The notes under the pieces were generated by a model. That model did not search any database, was not told the origin of the DNA, and was given only the letters and a program-made list of their open reading frames with translations. Below are positions 29,429-43,083 of a stretch of 64,000 nucleotides of DNA, piece by piece (the stretch's first letter is position 1; the number at the start of each line of letters is the position of its first letter). Source of the stretch: Candidatus Eiseniibacteriota bacterium (lineage in GTDB: Bacteria; Eisenbacteria; RBG-16-71-46); NCBI GenBank assembly GCA_963725865.1, contig CAVSAC010000014.1, positions 160,001-224,000 of the forward strand, written 5' to 3'. Made by a program: the position numbers and the translations under genes.

Positions 29429-30358
29429 TCACTCCTCCTCGTTCGAGTCGCCCGACTTCGGGTGGGGACGTGGATTCGGTGCCGACTTGGGCGTGGGGCT
29501 CCGTGGCGTCGCGCCTTGCCGGCACAACTCCACGCTGCCTTGGAAGGACTCCAGCTCGAGCTCGGCGCGGCCACTGCCGAGGGTGAATTCGAGGTGCTTG
29601 CGCCCCGCGCTCGAGTGCACCGCGACCGGGAAATCGGTGTGGAACTCGCCGTTCACGGTCGACGCGCTGACGCTGACGTTCGACCCTTCCGGGATGCAGA
29701 CGCGCACGGTGCCGTTGTGGGTCGAGAAGTGGTACTGACCGTCGTCCGCCAGCGCGCCCTCGAACCGCACGTCGCCGTTCACGGTGCTCACGTCCAGCTC
29801 GCCCGATCGCACGTTCTCGAGGCTCACCTCGCCGTTCACGGTCTCGGCCGAGATCCGGCCCACGACGTCGCTGATCACCACCGACTCGTTCACCGAGCTC
29901 AGCTCGAGCTCGGCGCGGGCGCCCTGGACCTGGACCTTTCCCTGCACCGAGCTGGCGGTGATGTGGTCGCGGCCGCCGCGCACGAGCACCTCGCCCTGCA
30001 CGGTCTCCGCTTCGATGCGCGCCTCGACGCCGTCGACGTCGATGTCGGTGTCGACTCCCGACACCTTGAGCGCCATCGTCGCCGGCATCGTGATGGAGTA
30101 CTCCACCTCGCCCGGCGGGCCCATGCGGCCTTCGGAGCTGATCGACAGCACCTCGGCCGCGCGCTCGATCCCGACCGAGGTGTGGCGTCCGTGCGCCGCC
30201 TGGATGCGCACGGCGGGGCGCGACCACGCGGTGACGTGGACCGCGCCGTTGAAGTTCTCGAGCTCGAGCCGGCTTCCGGGGCGGACGGCGATCGTGGTGT
30301 CGAGCGTCGTTCCCAGACTGGTGGCGGAGAGCGCGGCGGCCAGCAGAAGGTGGGTCAT
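29429..30358 (-). CDS. DUF4097 family beta-strand repeat protein
   Basis: Repeated TVQG/SVQG/TVNG units. Confidence 0.85.
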   Translation of the reverse strand: MTHLLLAAALSATSLGTTLDTTIAVRPGSRLELENFNGAVHVTAWSRPAVRIQAAHGRHTSVGIERAAEVLSISSEGRMGPPGEVEYSITMPATMALKVSGVDTDIDVDGVEARIEAETVQGEVLVRGGRDHITASSVQGKVQVQGARAELELSSVNESVVISDVVGRISAETVNGEVSLENVRSGELDVSTVNGDVRFEGALADDGQYHFSTHNGTVRVCIPEGSNVSVSASTVNGEFHTDFPVAVHSSAGRKHLEFTLGSGRAELELESFQGSVELCRQGATPRSPTPKSAPNPRPHPKSGDSNEEE

Positions 30359-31041
30359 GAGCGGGATTCTCCTCGGGTGCGGAAGCTGGCCGTGGTGGCG
30401 AGCCTCAGCAGGTCGACCTTGCGCCGCATCTGGCGGCGCAGGTGTTCGTTCAGGTAGGGATCGGACGGGTCGTTCGCGAGCGCCCGGCGCGCGTCGTCCA
30501 TCGCGCGGTCGATGATCGCGAGGTTCATCTCGACCACGCGCACGGTGGAGGAATCGAGCTCCGAGCGGCGCTGCTCGAACGCGCTCCGCAGCTCCGCGAC
30601 CGTCGCCTCGTAGCGCGCGTCCTCGGCGACCAGGGTCGCGGCGCCGCGGCGCGCGCCCACGGCGCTCGCGCCCGCACCCACGGAGATCGCGCGCGACGGC
30701 TGGGAGGTCCACCACCAGGCGGCGGTCGCGGTGACCGCCACCAGCGCCGCGGCGACCGCGAGCGCCCGCGGCAGGCTGAGCGAGATACGGCGGGAGCGTA
30801 GATCCGGGAGCGGGAGGACCACCCGGCGCGGCTGGAGCCGCGCCGCGATGCCGGGCCACAGATCGCTCGCCGGCGCGCGGTCGGGCAGGCGGCGCGCCTG
30901 TTCGACCATCGCGCGCAACGCCACCAGCGCGTCGCGGCACGCGGCGCAGCCGGCGAGATGGGTCTCGAGTGCGGCGGTCTCGTCCGGGCCCAGATCCCCG
31001 TCGAGATACTCGGACAGTCGTGCGCTCCAGTGCTCGGTCAT
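30355..31041 (-). CDS. zf-HC2 anti-sigma factor
   Basis: LSEYLDGDL..HLAGCAAC (HxxxCxxC) plus single TM; directly downstream of the ECF sigma. Confidence 0.9.
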   Translation of the reverse strand: MTEHWSARLSEYLDGDLGPDETAALETHLAGCAACRDALVALRAMVEQARRLPDRAPASDLWPGIAARLQPRRVVLPLPDLRSRRISLSLPRALAVAAALVAVTATAAWWWTSQPSRAISVGAGASAVGARRGAATLVAEDARYEATVAELRSAFEQRRSELDSSTVRVVEMNLAIIDRAMDDARRALANDPSDPYLNEHLRRQMRRKVDLLRLATTASFRTRGESRS

Positions 31042-31054
31042 CGGCTCTCCTCGC

Positions 31055-31624
31055 TCATCCGTCCAGGTGCCGGCGCAGCAGCGCGCGCGCCCGGTGCAGC
31101 TGGGACTTGGTGGTGCCCACCGCCACCTCGAGCAGCACCGCGATCTCCTCGTGGCGGTAGCCCTCGACGTCGTGCAGCACGAACACCACCCGGGCTCCCT
31201 CCGGCAGCCGCTCGATCGCGGCGTCCAGGTCCATCGCCACATCGCCGGTCCGCGGCCGCGCCGGCAGCTCCTCCATCACGTCCGGGTCCGCGGCGAAGCG
31301 GTCCCGCAACGCGCCCAGCCGCGCCCGGCGATCCAGCACCACGTTGATCGCGAGCCGGTACAGCCAGGTCCCGAACGCCGACTCGCCGCGGAACGTCCCG
31401 AGCTTCTGCCACGCGCGGACGAACACGTCCTGCGTGGTCTCGTCCGCCTCCTCGGAGCCCACCATGCGCCGCACCAGGCTGTGGATCCGCGCCAGGTGAT
31501 CGCGATAGAGGCGCTCGAAGGCACGCCGGTCGCCGGCGGCCGCCCGGGCCACATCTCCCGCGGGGGCCGGCGACGCTTCCTGGGGTCCCGGAAGGGTCGT
31601 CACGGCGAGCCTGGCGATCTCCAT
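31055..31624 (-). CDS. ECF RNA polymerase sigma factor
   Basis: AFERLY, QDVFVRAW, FGTWLYRLA, FVLHDVEGY.HEEIA, GTTKSQLHRAR. Confidence 0.93.
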   Translation of the reverse strand: MEIARLAVTTLPGPQEASPAPAGDVARAAAGDRRAFERLYRDHLARIHSLVRRMVGSEEADETTQDVFVRAWQKLGTFRGESAFGTWLYRLAINVVLDRRARLGALRDRFAADPDVMEELPARPRTGDVAMDLDAAIERLPEGARVVFVLHDVEGYRHEEIAVLLEVAVGTTKSQLHRARALLRRHLDG

Positions 31625-31635
31625 GCACCCGGTTC

Positions 31636-31662
31636 GACCGGGGAACGGGCCGAAAGGTTGAA
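31636..31662 (-). promoter_or_regulatory. ECF-type promoter of the sigma operon
   Basis: TTCAAC-N17-GGTC, matching the two divergent copies. Confidence 0.55.
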
Positions 31663-31760
31663 AGCCGAGCGGCGGAAGGCCGGCAGCATCCGCCGGCCCC
31701 GGCTGGGGCGCAACATCTTCCACGCGTGCGCGAGGGCGCGGGCGGACGCGCGAGGATGGC

Positions 31761-31826
31761 TGCAACCTCCCGGCGCTCGCGTCCGTCCAACCGAGTGACT
31801 GCAACCCGGAAGCACGACACCGCGTA
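31761..31826 (+). promoter_or_regulatory. Two tandem ECF-type promoters
   Basis: TGCAAC-N17-CGTC (31761-31787) and TGCAAC-N17-CGTA (31800-31826). Confidence 0.65.
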
Positions 31827-31875
31827 GCGCAACTGTCCCGGGCGTCCACCTCCACCTCTTGAGGAGTCCGCCGTC

Positions 31876-33012
31876 ATGAAGTCGCGCGCCGTCGTCCACG
31901 CCCACGATCCGGCCGATCTCGCACGCCGGGTACTGCTCGCCCTGCTGTGGCTCGGCACCTTCGCGCTCGCGGTCGCCGCCCTGATCGGCATGGTCCCGAG
32001 CTTCTCGCTCGCCGCCGTGCCGTCGGGCGCGGCCGCCGAGCGGTTCACCATCGCGGGCGATCACGTGATCGTGTACGACCTCGCGGGCGCCATCGAGGTG
32101 CTGCCGGGCAGCGGCCCTGACGTGGTGGTCGACGTGATGCGCGGAGGTCGCGCGGGCGGCACCCTCAAGGTGGCGACCGGCGCGATCGAGGGTCGCCCCA
32201 CGCTGCGGGTGCTGTTCCCGATGAACCGCATCCTCTATCCGGCCGGACGCAGCAACACGAACGGGATCGCGGTGCGCCCGGACGGCACGTTCGGCGGGAA
32301 GATCCCGGGCCTGTTCCCGCGCCGCGTGAGCGTGTCCAGCCGCGGCTTCGGCGACGAGGCGTGGGCCGACCTGCGCATCCTGGTGCCGGCCGGCCGCACG
32401 CTCGAGGTGCGCGTGGGCGTGGGCGCGATGAACGCGCGCGGCGTCGAGGGCACGCTGACGCTCGACTCGCACGCGGGACCGGTGCTGGTCGACGGGCTGC
32501 GCGGCGACCTGAGCGTCGACACCGGCTCGGGCGCGGTCGCGGTCAAGGGCATCGAAGGCGACCTGCTGGTCGACACCGGCAGCGGCAGCGTGACGCTCGA
32601 CGCCGTCCACGGTCGCAAGGTCTCGATCGACACCGGCTCCGGCGAGGTCTCGGGGCGCGACGTGCGCGCCGAGAACCTGCTCGTCGACACCGGCTCGGGC
32701 CGGGTGGCGATCGAGCAGGTGCGCGCGCCGCGCGTCAAGATCGACACCGGCAGCGGCGGCGTCACGCTCGGCCTGCTCGAGGACGTGGACGACGTGCTGG
32801 TGGACACCGGCTCGGGCGGCGTGACGCTGCGCGTACCGGGCACGCTGGGCGCGGCGCTCGACATCGACACCGGCAGCGGCGGGATCGAGTCCGAGGTCCC
32901 GATCACCATGCTGCGGCGCGAGAGCGGCGAGCTGCACGGACAGCTCGGCGACGGCCGCGGTCACATCCTGATCGACACGGGCTCGGGCGGCGTGCGGCTC
33001 GTGAAGATCTGA
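31876..33012 (+). CDS. DUF4097 family protein with eight DTGSG repeats
   Basis: N-terminal TM/signal; 8 x DTGSG; GAGGAG RBS. Confidence 0.85.
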   Translation: MKSRAVVHAHDPADLARRVLLALLWLGTFALAVAALIGMVPSFSLAAVPSGAAAERFTIAGDHVIVYDLAGAIEVLPGSGPDVVVDVMRGGRAGGTLKVATGAIEGRPTLRVLFPMNRILYPAGRSNTNGIAVRPDGTFGGKIPGLFPRRVSVSSRGFGDEAWADLRILVPAGRTLEVRVGVGAMNARGVEGTLTLDSHAGPVLVDGLRGDLSVDTGSGAVAVKGIEGDLLVDTGSGSVTLDAVHGRKVSIDTGSGEVSGRDVRAENLLVDTGSGRVAIEQVRAPRVKIDTGSGGVTLGLLEDVDDVLVDTGSGGVTLRVPGTLGAALDIDTGSGGIESEVPITMLRRESGELHGQLGDGRGHILIDTGSGGVRLVKI

Positions 33013-33072
33013 CATCGTCCGTTCCGCCGCAGCGCGTCGCGTCCTGACCGGGCGAGCGGCGAGGCTGCGCGA

Positions 33073-33110
33073 GGCACCGCCCCGGGCTGTCTCCGGGGCG
33101 GTGCTGTTTT
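33073..33110 (+). terminator. Intrinsic terminator
   Basis: GCACCGCCCCGG-loop-CCGGGGCGGTGC followed by TGTTTT. Confidence 0.7.
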
Positions 33111-33122
33111 CGTGCGGGGCGT

Positions 33123-33926
33123 TCAGCGCGGGCGCGAGCCGTCGGGGTAGGTCGCGGCGTTGAGCGACCAGTCGTAGTCGAGGTACTCGACGCGGTAGGC
33201 GGTCACGTCACGGCCCAGGTAGCGGCTGACGGTCCGCAGCACTCCCGCGCGTCCACCGAAGTCCGCCGCGTACCAGTCGAAGATGCGCGAGAGGCGCAGC
33301 GTGCGGTGGGCGTCGTCGATGCGATTGCGGGTGCTGTCGCTCACGAATGCGCGCATCGCGTCGTCGAGAGCTCGGTCGAGGTCCGGCTGCCTCGCCCACG
33401 CCCTCGCGCCCAGCGGCGGGCACGAGCGCGCGGCGCAATTGAACGCCACGTGCGCGCGCGGATCGCGGAACACCGCGAGCGTGCGCTGCTTCTCCAGGAC
33501 GTCGAGCGAGATGTCGCCCGCGCGCGCTGGGCACCCGCCGCTCCCGGAAGACCGCGAAGCCATCCGCCGCCGGGGTCCAGCCGGGCTTCCAGTATTCCAG
33601 CACGGCGACGATCATCACCAGATTGTAGAGATCGATCTGCATGGCCATGCGGCGCTGCGGCGGCACTCCGGTGGTGTCGACGTTCGCGAGGCGCCGGCAT
33701 TCCTCGCTGAGCGCCTGCCGGCGCGATGCCGCCACGTCGTAGCGGACGCGGTCTCCAACGACCACGCCGTCCAGGAGGTCGAGGGGTTCGATCTCGTGCA
33801 GCTTCTCGCGCGGCATTCCCGTGTTCCGGACCTTCGAGGGTTCCGGCGCTCCGATCGCATGCCCGGAAGCCACCATCGTCAGCACGGCGAACCCGATCGC
33901 CGTCGCCACCCGGGACATCGGAGGAC

Positions 33927-33930
<4 letters not shown>
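33123..33930 (-). CDS. DUF547 domain exported protein; frameshift at ~33518 (probable indel)
   Basis: IDLYN in one frame; DPRAHVAFNCAARSCPPL, LSRIFDWYAADF, YLDYDWSLN in the next. Confidence 0.8.
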
Positions 33931-36656
<2,726 letters not shown>

Positions 36657-36660
<4 letters not shown>

Positions 36661-37775
36661 GCGGCGATCCTCACCACGGTCTTGATGCCGTCCGCGGCGG
36701 TGGTGAGCGCGGCGGGCGCCTGCTCGAGCGGGATGCGCGCGGTGACGAGCGCGCGCACCGCGTCGGGCCAGCGCGTGACGAACGTCGCGAGGTCGCGCAC
36801 CGCGGCCTCGTAGGCGTCGCGGCCCGCGTTCACGGTGCCGAGCACGATCTGGTTCTTGAGCACCAGGTCCCGCATCAGGCGGTCGGCGTCCAGCGACACG
36901 GGGCCGCGGCGGCCGGGCACTCCCGTCAGCACGAAGATCCCGTTCACGCCCAGCGCCGACATCGCGTCGAACGCCAGCGACGAGGCGCCGGTCGCCTCGT
37001 AGATCACGTCGAGGCTGCCGCACGCCGCGGGCAGGTCCGCGACCGGCACCTGCTCGGCCGCGATCGCGCGCGCGCCGATCCCCTCCACGATCGCCCGACG
37101 GCCGGCGGTATCGAAGCCGCGCGACCACACGTGGGTCTCGAAGCCGGCGGCGCGCAGCGCGAGCGCCCCGAGCAGCCCGACCGGGCCGGCGCCCAGCACC
37201 AGCGCGCGATGCAGCGCGCCGCCGTCGCGCGGGCCGCCGTGGCGCAGTGTCCACGGCATGCGGTCCTGCACGTTCCACACCTGGAGCAGGGCCTTCTCGG
37301 CGATCGTGAGCGGCTCGATCAGCACCCCGCACTCGCGCAGCGTCGCCGGCACCGGCACCATCCAGCGCGCCTCGTCGACCACCTGCTCCGTCATGAAGCC
37401 GTGCGCGCCGCGGATGCCGCGCTCGCTGAAGCCGCCGGTGACGCAGAAGTCCTGGCGACCCGCGCGGCACGCGGGGCAGTCGGGGCTCGCGCACGGCCGC
37501 CGCACCATCGGCACCACGAGGTCGCCCGGCCGCAGGTACTCGACCGCGGCACCCACCTCGGTCACCTCGCCGAGCGACTCGTGCCCCAGCACCAGGTAGC
37601 GCTCGCCGGCGGGCGGGGTGCCGTACTGAAACGAGCAGATCTCGCGGTCGGTGCCGCACACCCCCACCTCGAGCATGCGCAGCCGCACCTCGTCCGCGCC
37701 GGTGCGCGCGGGCGCCGGATGGTCGAGCAGACGAACGGCGCGCTCGTCCGGGAACACCGCCACGGCTCGCATCAC
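36657..37775 (-). CDS. Zinc-dependent (MDR, archaeal-type) glucose 1-dehydrogenase
   Basis: [42 protein letters not shown]. Confidence 0.82.
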
Positions 37776-37799
37776 GTCCCTCCCGCGCGCGTCGCGCGC

Positions 37800-39425
37800 T
37801 CAGCGCCCCCACGCCGCGCGCACTTCGCGCGCGAACGCCTCGAGGTCGTCGAAGCGGCCCTGCCACGTCGTGTACATCACGCCCTCGATGCCGGGCACCC
37901 CGCGCGCGGCCCGGCACCAGGCCCGCACCTGCGCGGGACGCCCGTCGTAGTAGCCGGCGATCACCTGATGGTGGCCGCGCCGCGCGAAGAACCGCAGCGA
38001 CTCCGCGGCGCGCGCCGCGTTCCAGTTCACGATCGTCACCGCGGAGTCGAGCCCCTCCCAGGAGCCCGCCAGGTCGCCGGCGACCAGATGGTAGTCCCGT
38101 ACCGCGTTCTGGTGCGGATCGAACATGTCGCCCCACACGTACACGCGCGAGCCGGCCAGCAGGCGCACGCACTCGCGCGCGTGCGCGGCGAGGACGGCGC
38201 CCGGCGACGCGCCGCGCGCGCGGCAGGCGGGATCCCAGCCCAGCACCCGGATCTCGTCGTGCATCATCATGTACGCGGGTGTTCCCCACAACGCCCGCAT
38301 GCGCTCCGCCTCGTCGCGCAACAGAGCGAGCGTGGCGGGCTCCGACGGGCAGATCGTCACCTGCGAGCCGAACAGCACCGGCACGAACCACCACGACGCG
38401 GTGAGCCGCGTGCCGTCGGGGCGCGCGACTCGGATCGCGGGCGGCTCGTGCCACGCCTCGTACTGCCCCTGCCACGGCGTGCGGCCGAGCAGCGTGTCGC
38501 GCACCGGCGCGAAGTCACGGCCCTCTTCGAGCTCGGCGATCGCGAGCGCCGCGCCCGGGCGGTGCACCACGTCCACCGGCCCCGCCTCCTCGAGGCGCCA
38601 GTTCCGCCACAGCAGCGTGCCGCTCGCGGCCTTCCAGTCGCCGAGCCAGATCGTGAGGCGGCGGTGGTCGAGCGAGCCCAGCACCAGGTCGACGCGCGTC
38701 CAGTCCTGCGTCGGCGCCAGGCGCAGCGAGCGGGTGAACGTGAGCGCCCGCCGGTCCCCCAGCACCGTGACCATCGGCGCGCCGTCGTAGTCGATCGTCT
38801 TCACCTCGACGCTCACGTGGTAGCAGCGGAACGGCGCCACCTCCGCGTGGAACGCGAAGCGCGCGCGCCCCGCGTGCGGGCGGACGCGCACGACGTCGCC
38901 GTCCACGACGACCTCGCGATCGGTGAAGTCGGGCCGGCGCGCGAGCCGGACCGGCGGATCGGCGACCACGCGCGCCACCCCTCCGCGCACCTCGAGCGTG
39001 GCGCCGCGGACCGGCAGCGCCTCGGCCAGCTCGGGGTCGTGGGCGAGCAGCGTGCTCGAGCGTCCGATCGGGAACAGCGCCGGCACCAGCGCGAGGCCCA
39101 GCGAGTCCGCGGCGCGCTTCACGCGCGCGACGTTTGCGAGGTAGTGGGTATCGGCCTCGGCCAGCCGCTCGAAGCGCGGGTCGGTGAGGATCACGTGCGA
39201 GTAGCCCGCGGCCGCCGCGCGCGCCCACAGCGCCTCGAGGCGCGCGACCTCGTCGTCCTTGGCGAGCTGGGTGCCGCAGTAGAGCCACAGCGCCGGCGGC
39301 GCGGTGGGCTCGCGCGGCGCGCAGCCGACGGCGGCCAGCAGCGCCGCGCAGGCGAGCGCGGCGAGCGCCACGCGCGGCAGGTTGCTCGGCAGGCGCACGG
39401 GGACCTCCGATGCGGCCGCGGTCAC
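37800..39425 (-). CDS. Lipoprotein, putative glycoside hydrolase (GH20-like barrel with carbohydrate-binding insert)
   Basis: Lipobox [35 protein letters not shown]; start overlaps the aspS stop. Confidence 0.55.
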   Translation of the reverse strand: MTAAASEVPVRLPSNLPRVALAALACAALLAAVGCAPREPTAPPALWLYCGTQLAKDDEVARLEALWARAAAAGYSHVILTDPRFERLAEADTHYLANVARVKRAADSLGLALVPALFPIGRSSTLLAHDPELAEALPVRGATLEVRGGVARVVADPPVRLARRPDFTDREVVVDGDVVRVRPHAGRARFAFHAEVAPFRCYHVSVEVKTIDYDGAPMVTVLGDRRALTFTRSLRLAPTQDWTRVDLVLGSLDHRRLTIWLGDWKAASGTLLWRNWRLEEAGPVDVVHRPGAALAIAELEEGRDFAPVRDTLLGRTPWQGQYEAWHEPPAIRVARPDGTRLTASWWFVPVLFGSQVTICPSEPATLALLRDEAERMRALWGTPAYMMMHDEIRVLGWDPACRARGASPGAVLAAHARECVRLLAGSRVYVWGDMFDPHQNAVRDYHLVAGDLAGSWEGLDSAVTIVNWNAARAAESLRFFARRGHHQVIAGYYDGRPAQVRAWCRAARGVPGIEGVMYTTWQGRFDDLEAFAREVRAAWGR

Positions 39426-41227
39426 TGGTCCAGCCGCAGCCCCAGCTCCTTCATGGTCATCGCGTCGACCTCGCTCGGGCAGCCATCCATCAGGCTGGTG
39501 GCGCTCGCGGTCTTGGGGAACGCGATCGTGTCGCGGATGTTGTCGCGGCCGGCCAGCAACATCACGATGCGGTCGAAGCCGAGCCCGATGCCACCGTGCG
39601 GCGGCGAGGCGTAGCGATACGCCTCGAGCAGGAATCCGAACTTGGCCTGCGCCTCGGCGTCGGTGAGCCCGATGCGGCGGAACACCCGCTGCTGGATGTC
39701 GGGCCGATGGATGCGGATCGCTCCCGATCCCAGCTCGTTGCCGTTCAGCACGACGTCGTAGAGCTGCGCGTGCACCTCGGCCGGCCGCTCCTCGATCCAC
39801 GCCTCGTGCTCGGGGCGCGGCATCGCGAACGGGTTGTGGCGCGGCGCCCAGCCGTTGCGGTCGGCGTCCCACTCGAACAGCGGGAAGTCGCGCACCCACA
39901 GGAAGCGCCACTCGCGCGGGCGGCCCTCCAGCAGCGGCTGACCGAGCTGCGTGCGCAGCACGCCGAGCGCCTTGAGCGTGGGCTCCCACGCGCCCGACGT
40001 GAACACCACCGCGTCGCCCTCCTGCGCGCCGCAAGCGGCGAAGAACTCGTCGAGCAAGGCGCCCGGGAACACCGCCTCCTGTTTCGCGCGCTCGGCCACG
40101 AGCACCTTGAAGAACGAGAGTCCGGCGCCGCCGGCGGCCTTCACCACGTCCTCGTACTTGCGCAGCTGGGTGCCCGAGATCTCCGCGCCGCCGGGGAGCC
40201 GCATCGCCACGCCGGTGCCGCCCGCGACCTTCGCGCCGTTCGCGACCACGTTGCGCGGCGAGCGCGCCATGATCCCGGTCACGTCGGCGAACTCGAGGCC
40301 GAAGCGCAGGTCGGGCTTGTCGCTGCCGTAGCGGCCCATCGCCTCGCGGAACGTCAGGCGCGGGAACGGGCGCGGGAGGTCGACCCCGAGCACCTCCTTC
40401 CACACCGCGCACAGCAGGCCCTCGACCGCGTCCTGGATCTGCGCCTCGTCGACGAAGCTCATCTCGAGGTCGATCTGAGTGTGCTCGGGCTGGCGGTCGG
40501 CGCGCAGGTCCTCGTCGCGCAGGCAGCGCGCGAGCTGGAAGTAGCGGTCGAAGCCCGCGATCATCAGCGTCTGCTTGTAGAGCTGCGGGGACTGCGGCAG
40601 CGCGTAGAACTCCCCGGGGTGGACGCGGCTCGGCACCACGTAGTCGCGCGCGCCCTCGGGCGTGGGCTTGACCAGGATCGGGGTCTCGACCTCGAGGAAG
40701 CCCGCGTCCGAGAGGAACTCGCGCGCGGCGCGCGCCGCGCGGTGGCGCAGCGCCATCACCTGCGCCAGCTCCGGGCGCCGCAGGTCGAGGTAGCGATACT
40801 TCAGCCGCAGGTCCTCGCCCGCCAGGTGCGTGTCGTCGTTGACCTGGAACGGCAGCGCCGCCGCCGCCGCGAGCACCTTGAGCGCGCGCACGTCCAGCTC
40901 CACCGCACCGGTCGGCATCTCCGGATTGAGCGCGTCGCTGGGACGCCCGACCACCGGCCCGCGCACCGCGATCACCCACTCGTGGCCGAGCTGCGCGGCG
41001 CGCGCCGTCACCTCGGCGCCGGCGTGGTCGGGGCGGAACACCACCTGCATGAGCCCGTGGCGGTCGCGCAGGTCGATGAACAGCACGCCGCCGTGGTCGC
41101 GCATGCGGTGCACCCAGCCCATCAACGTGACCTCGCGCCCGGCGTGCGCGGCGCGCAGCTCGCCGCAGGTGTGCGTGCGCCGCCAGTCCCCGAGCCCTTC
41201 GAGCTTCAGCGTCGTGTCCGTGCTCAC
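39422..41227 (-). CDS. aspS: Aspartate--tRNA ligase (RDHGG suggests a non-discriminating type)
   Basis: RTHTCGEL, RDHGGVLFIDLRD, ALPQSPQLYKQ, RDEDLRADRQPE, PPHGGIGLGFDR, IAFPKT. Confidence 0.96.
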   Translation of the reverse strand: MSTDTTLKLEGLGDWRRTHTCGELRAAHAGREVTLMGWVHRMRDHGGVLFIDLRDRHGLMQVVFRPDHAGAEVTARAAQLGHEWVIAVRGPVVGRPSDALNPEMPTGAVELDVRALKVLAAAAALPFQVNDDTHLAGEDLRLKYRYLDLRRPELAQVMALRHRAARAAREFLSDAGFLEVETPILVKPTPEGARDYVVPSRVHPGEFYALPQSPQLYKQTLMIAGFDRYFQLARCLRDEDLRADRQPEHTQIDLEMSFVDEAQIQDAVEGLLCAVWKEVLGVDLPRPFPRLTFREAMGRYGSDKPDLRFGLEFADVTGIMARSPRNVVANGAKVAGGTGVAMRLPGGAEISGTQLRKYEDVVKAAGGAGLSFFKVLVAERAKQEAVFPGALLDEFFAACGAQEGDAVVFTSGAWEPTLKALGVLRTQLGQPLLEGRPREWRFLWVRDFPLFEWDADRNGWAPRHNPFAMPRPEHEAWIEERPAEVHAQLYDVVLNGNELGSGAIRIHRPDIQQRVFRRIGLTDAEAQAKFGFLLEAYRYASPPHGGIGLGFDRIVMLLAGRDNIRDTIAFPKTASATSLMDGCPSEVDAMTMKELGLRLDQ

Positions 41228-42513
41228 CGGGTGCTCTCCTGTGCCGCGGCGAGCCGCGCGCTCAGCGCGGCCGCCAACCCCTCCGTCGCCATCGCCTCTT
41301 GCACGCCGGTGGCGAGGTCCTTCACCGTCACCTCGCCGCGCGCCCATTCCTCCTCGCCCAGGATGACCACCAGGGCCGCTCCGGCCTTGTCGGCCGCCTT
41401 GAACTGGGCGCCCATTCCGCGCGCCTCGAGGTCGCACTCGACCGCCAGCGTCCGGCGCAGGGTGCGCACGAGCGGCGCCGCCGCCGCGCGCGTTCCGTCC
41501 ATCGCGACGACGTACACGTCGGGCCGGCGCGGCGCGGGGCCGAGCCCGCGCTGCTCCAGCACCAGCAGCGCGCGGTCGAGCCCGATCGCGAATCCCACGC
41601 CCGGAGTCGCGGGACCGCCCAGCGCCTCGACCAGACCGTCGTAGCGCCCGCCGCCGCCGAGCGCGCTCTGCGCGCCGAGCGTGCGGTCGTGCACCTCGAA
41701 CGCGGTGCGCGTGTAGTAGTCGAGCCCGCGCACCAGGCCGTCGTCGATCTCGTAGGCGATGCCGAGCCCGTCGAGCCCCGCGAGCACCTGCTCCCAGTGC
41801 GCGCGGTCGGCGTCGTCGAGCGCGTCCAGCATGCGCGGCATCTCGCCGCGCTCGGCGAACAGCGCGCGGTCGCCCGCGTCCTTGGTGTCGAGCACGCGCA
41901 GCGGATTGGTGAGCAGGCGCTGCTGCGAGTCCGCGCTGAGGCGATCGCTCACCGGCGCCAGCCACGCGCGCAGCGCATCCCCGTACGCGCGCCGCGTGGC
42001 GGGCTGGCCGACGCTGTTGACCAGCACGGTCAGGTCGCGGAAGCCCCACGCCTCGTAGAGGTCGACGAACAGCGCGATGACTTCGATGTCGGCGCCCGGC
42101 GCTGCGATGCCGAGCAGCTCGGCGTTGATCTGCGAGAACTGGCGGTAGCGCCCCTTCTGCGGGCGCCCGTAGCGGAACACCGGACCGGCGCTCCACAGCC
42201 GGTGCACGCGCGCCCGCCCGCCGAGCCCGTGCTCGAGGTAGGCGCGCATCACGCCGGCGGTGAACTCCGGCCGCAGCGCGAGGTCGCGCTCGCCGAGGTC
42301 CTTGAAGCGGTACATCTCCTTCTGGACCACCTCGCTCGACTCGCCCGAGGTGCGCGCGAACAACTCGACGTCCTCGAACATCGGCGTGCGGATCTCGGCG
42401 AAGCCGTAGCGCTCGAGCACCGCGCGCGCGCGCGCCTCCGCCCACCCCCAGCGCTCGGTGTCGCCCGGGAGCAGGTCGCGAGTGCCGCGCGGAGCCTGGT
42501 GTCGCGGTGCCAT
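41224..42513 (-). CDS. hisS: Histidine--tRNA ligase
   Basis: PRGTRD, KEMYRF, LRPEFTA, RPQKGRYRQF, LVRGLDYY, GGGRYDGL. Confidence 0.96.
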   Translation of the reverse strand: MAPRHQAPRGTRDLLPGDTERWGWAEARARAVLERYGFAEIRTPMFEDVELFARTSGESSEVVQKEMYRFKDLGERDLALRPEFTAGVMRAYLEHGLGGRARVHRLWSAGPVFRYGRPQKGRYRQFSQINAELLGIAAPGADIEVIALFVDLYEAWGFRDLTVLVNSVGQPATRRAYGDALRAWLAPVSDRLSADSQQRLLTNPLRVLDTKDAGDRALFAERGEMPRMLDALDDADRAHWEQVLAGLDGLGIAYEIDDGLVRGLDYYTRTAFEVHDRTLGAQSALGGGGRYDGLVEALGGPATPGVGFAIGLDRALLVLEQRGLGPAPRRPDVYVVAMDGTRAAAAPLVRTLRRTLAVECDLEARGMGAQFKAADKAGAALVVILGEEEWARGEVTVKDLATGVQEAMATEGLAAALSARLAAAQESTR

Positions 42514-42528
42514 CGGTCCGGATCCTCC

Positions 42529-42945
42529 TCAGTCGCGCCGGGTCAGCACGAACGCGGCCTGCGCGAGCGCCAGCCCGGCGAGGTCGGCCACCAGGTCGAG
42601 CACGCTGCTCTGACGGCCGGGCACCACGCGCTGGTGCAGTTCGTCCGCGAGCCCGACCAGTCCTCCCAGCCCCACCGCCATGAACGCCGCGAACAACGCG
42701 AACCGCACCCGCAGCGTCGCGTGCAACGCCCGCGCGAGCAGGAAGCCGAGCACGCCGTACTCGAGCACGTGCGCGACCTTGTCGGAGTTGGCGAAGTCGA
42801 GCGGCGGATGCAGGTTCGGCTGCGCCCCCACCACCAGGACCACGCTGGCGTACACCAGCACCGGCAGCCAGTACCACATGAAGAGTACGAAGCCCCGACG
42901 TGCCGGGGGACGCGCCACCCACTTCCTCCATCGTTGCGGGTCCAT
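42529..42945 (-). CDS. VanZ family membrane protein
   Basis: DKVAHVLEYGVLG, DELHQRVVPGR..SVLDLVAD. Confidence 0.88.
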   Translation of the reverse strand: MDPQRWRKWVARPPARRGFVLFMWYWLPVLVYASVVLVVGAQPNLHPPLDFANSDKVAHVLEYGVLGFLLARALHATLRVRFALFAAFMAVGLGGLVGLADELHQRVVPGRQSSVLDLVADLAGLALAQAAFVLTRRD

Positions 42946-43083
42946 CCGCCGTGCGTGCGCGAGCCGCGCACGACGCCGGTGCCTCGAATGAGCGCGGCAT
43001 CGTAGCATGCGTGCGCGCGAGGCGTCATGCCGCGGACGCCGCCCGCGACGCACCCGAGACGCGGCGCGGCGCGGGGTTGCCGC

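Noticed and set aside
32510..32990. Recurring GACACCGGC(T/A) units as a CRISPR or DNA repeat array
   Set aside because: They are in-frame codons for DTGSG protein repeats with synonymous variation and no constant-length repeat-spacer structure
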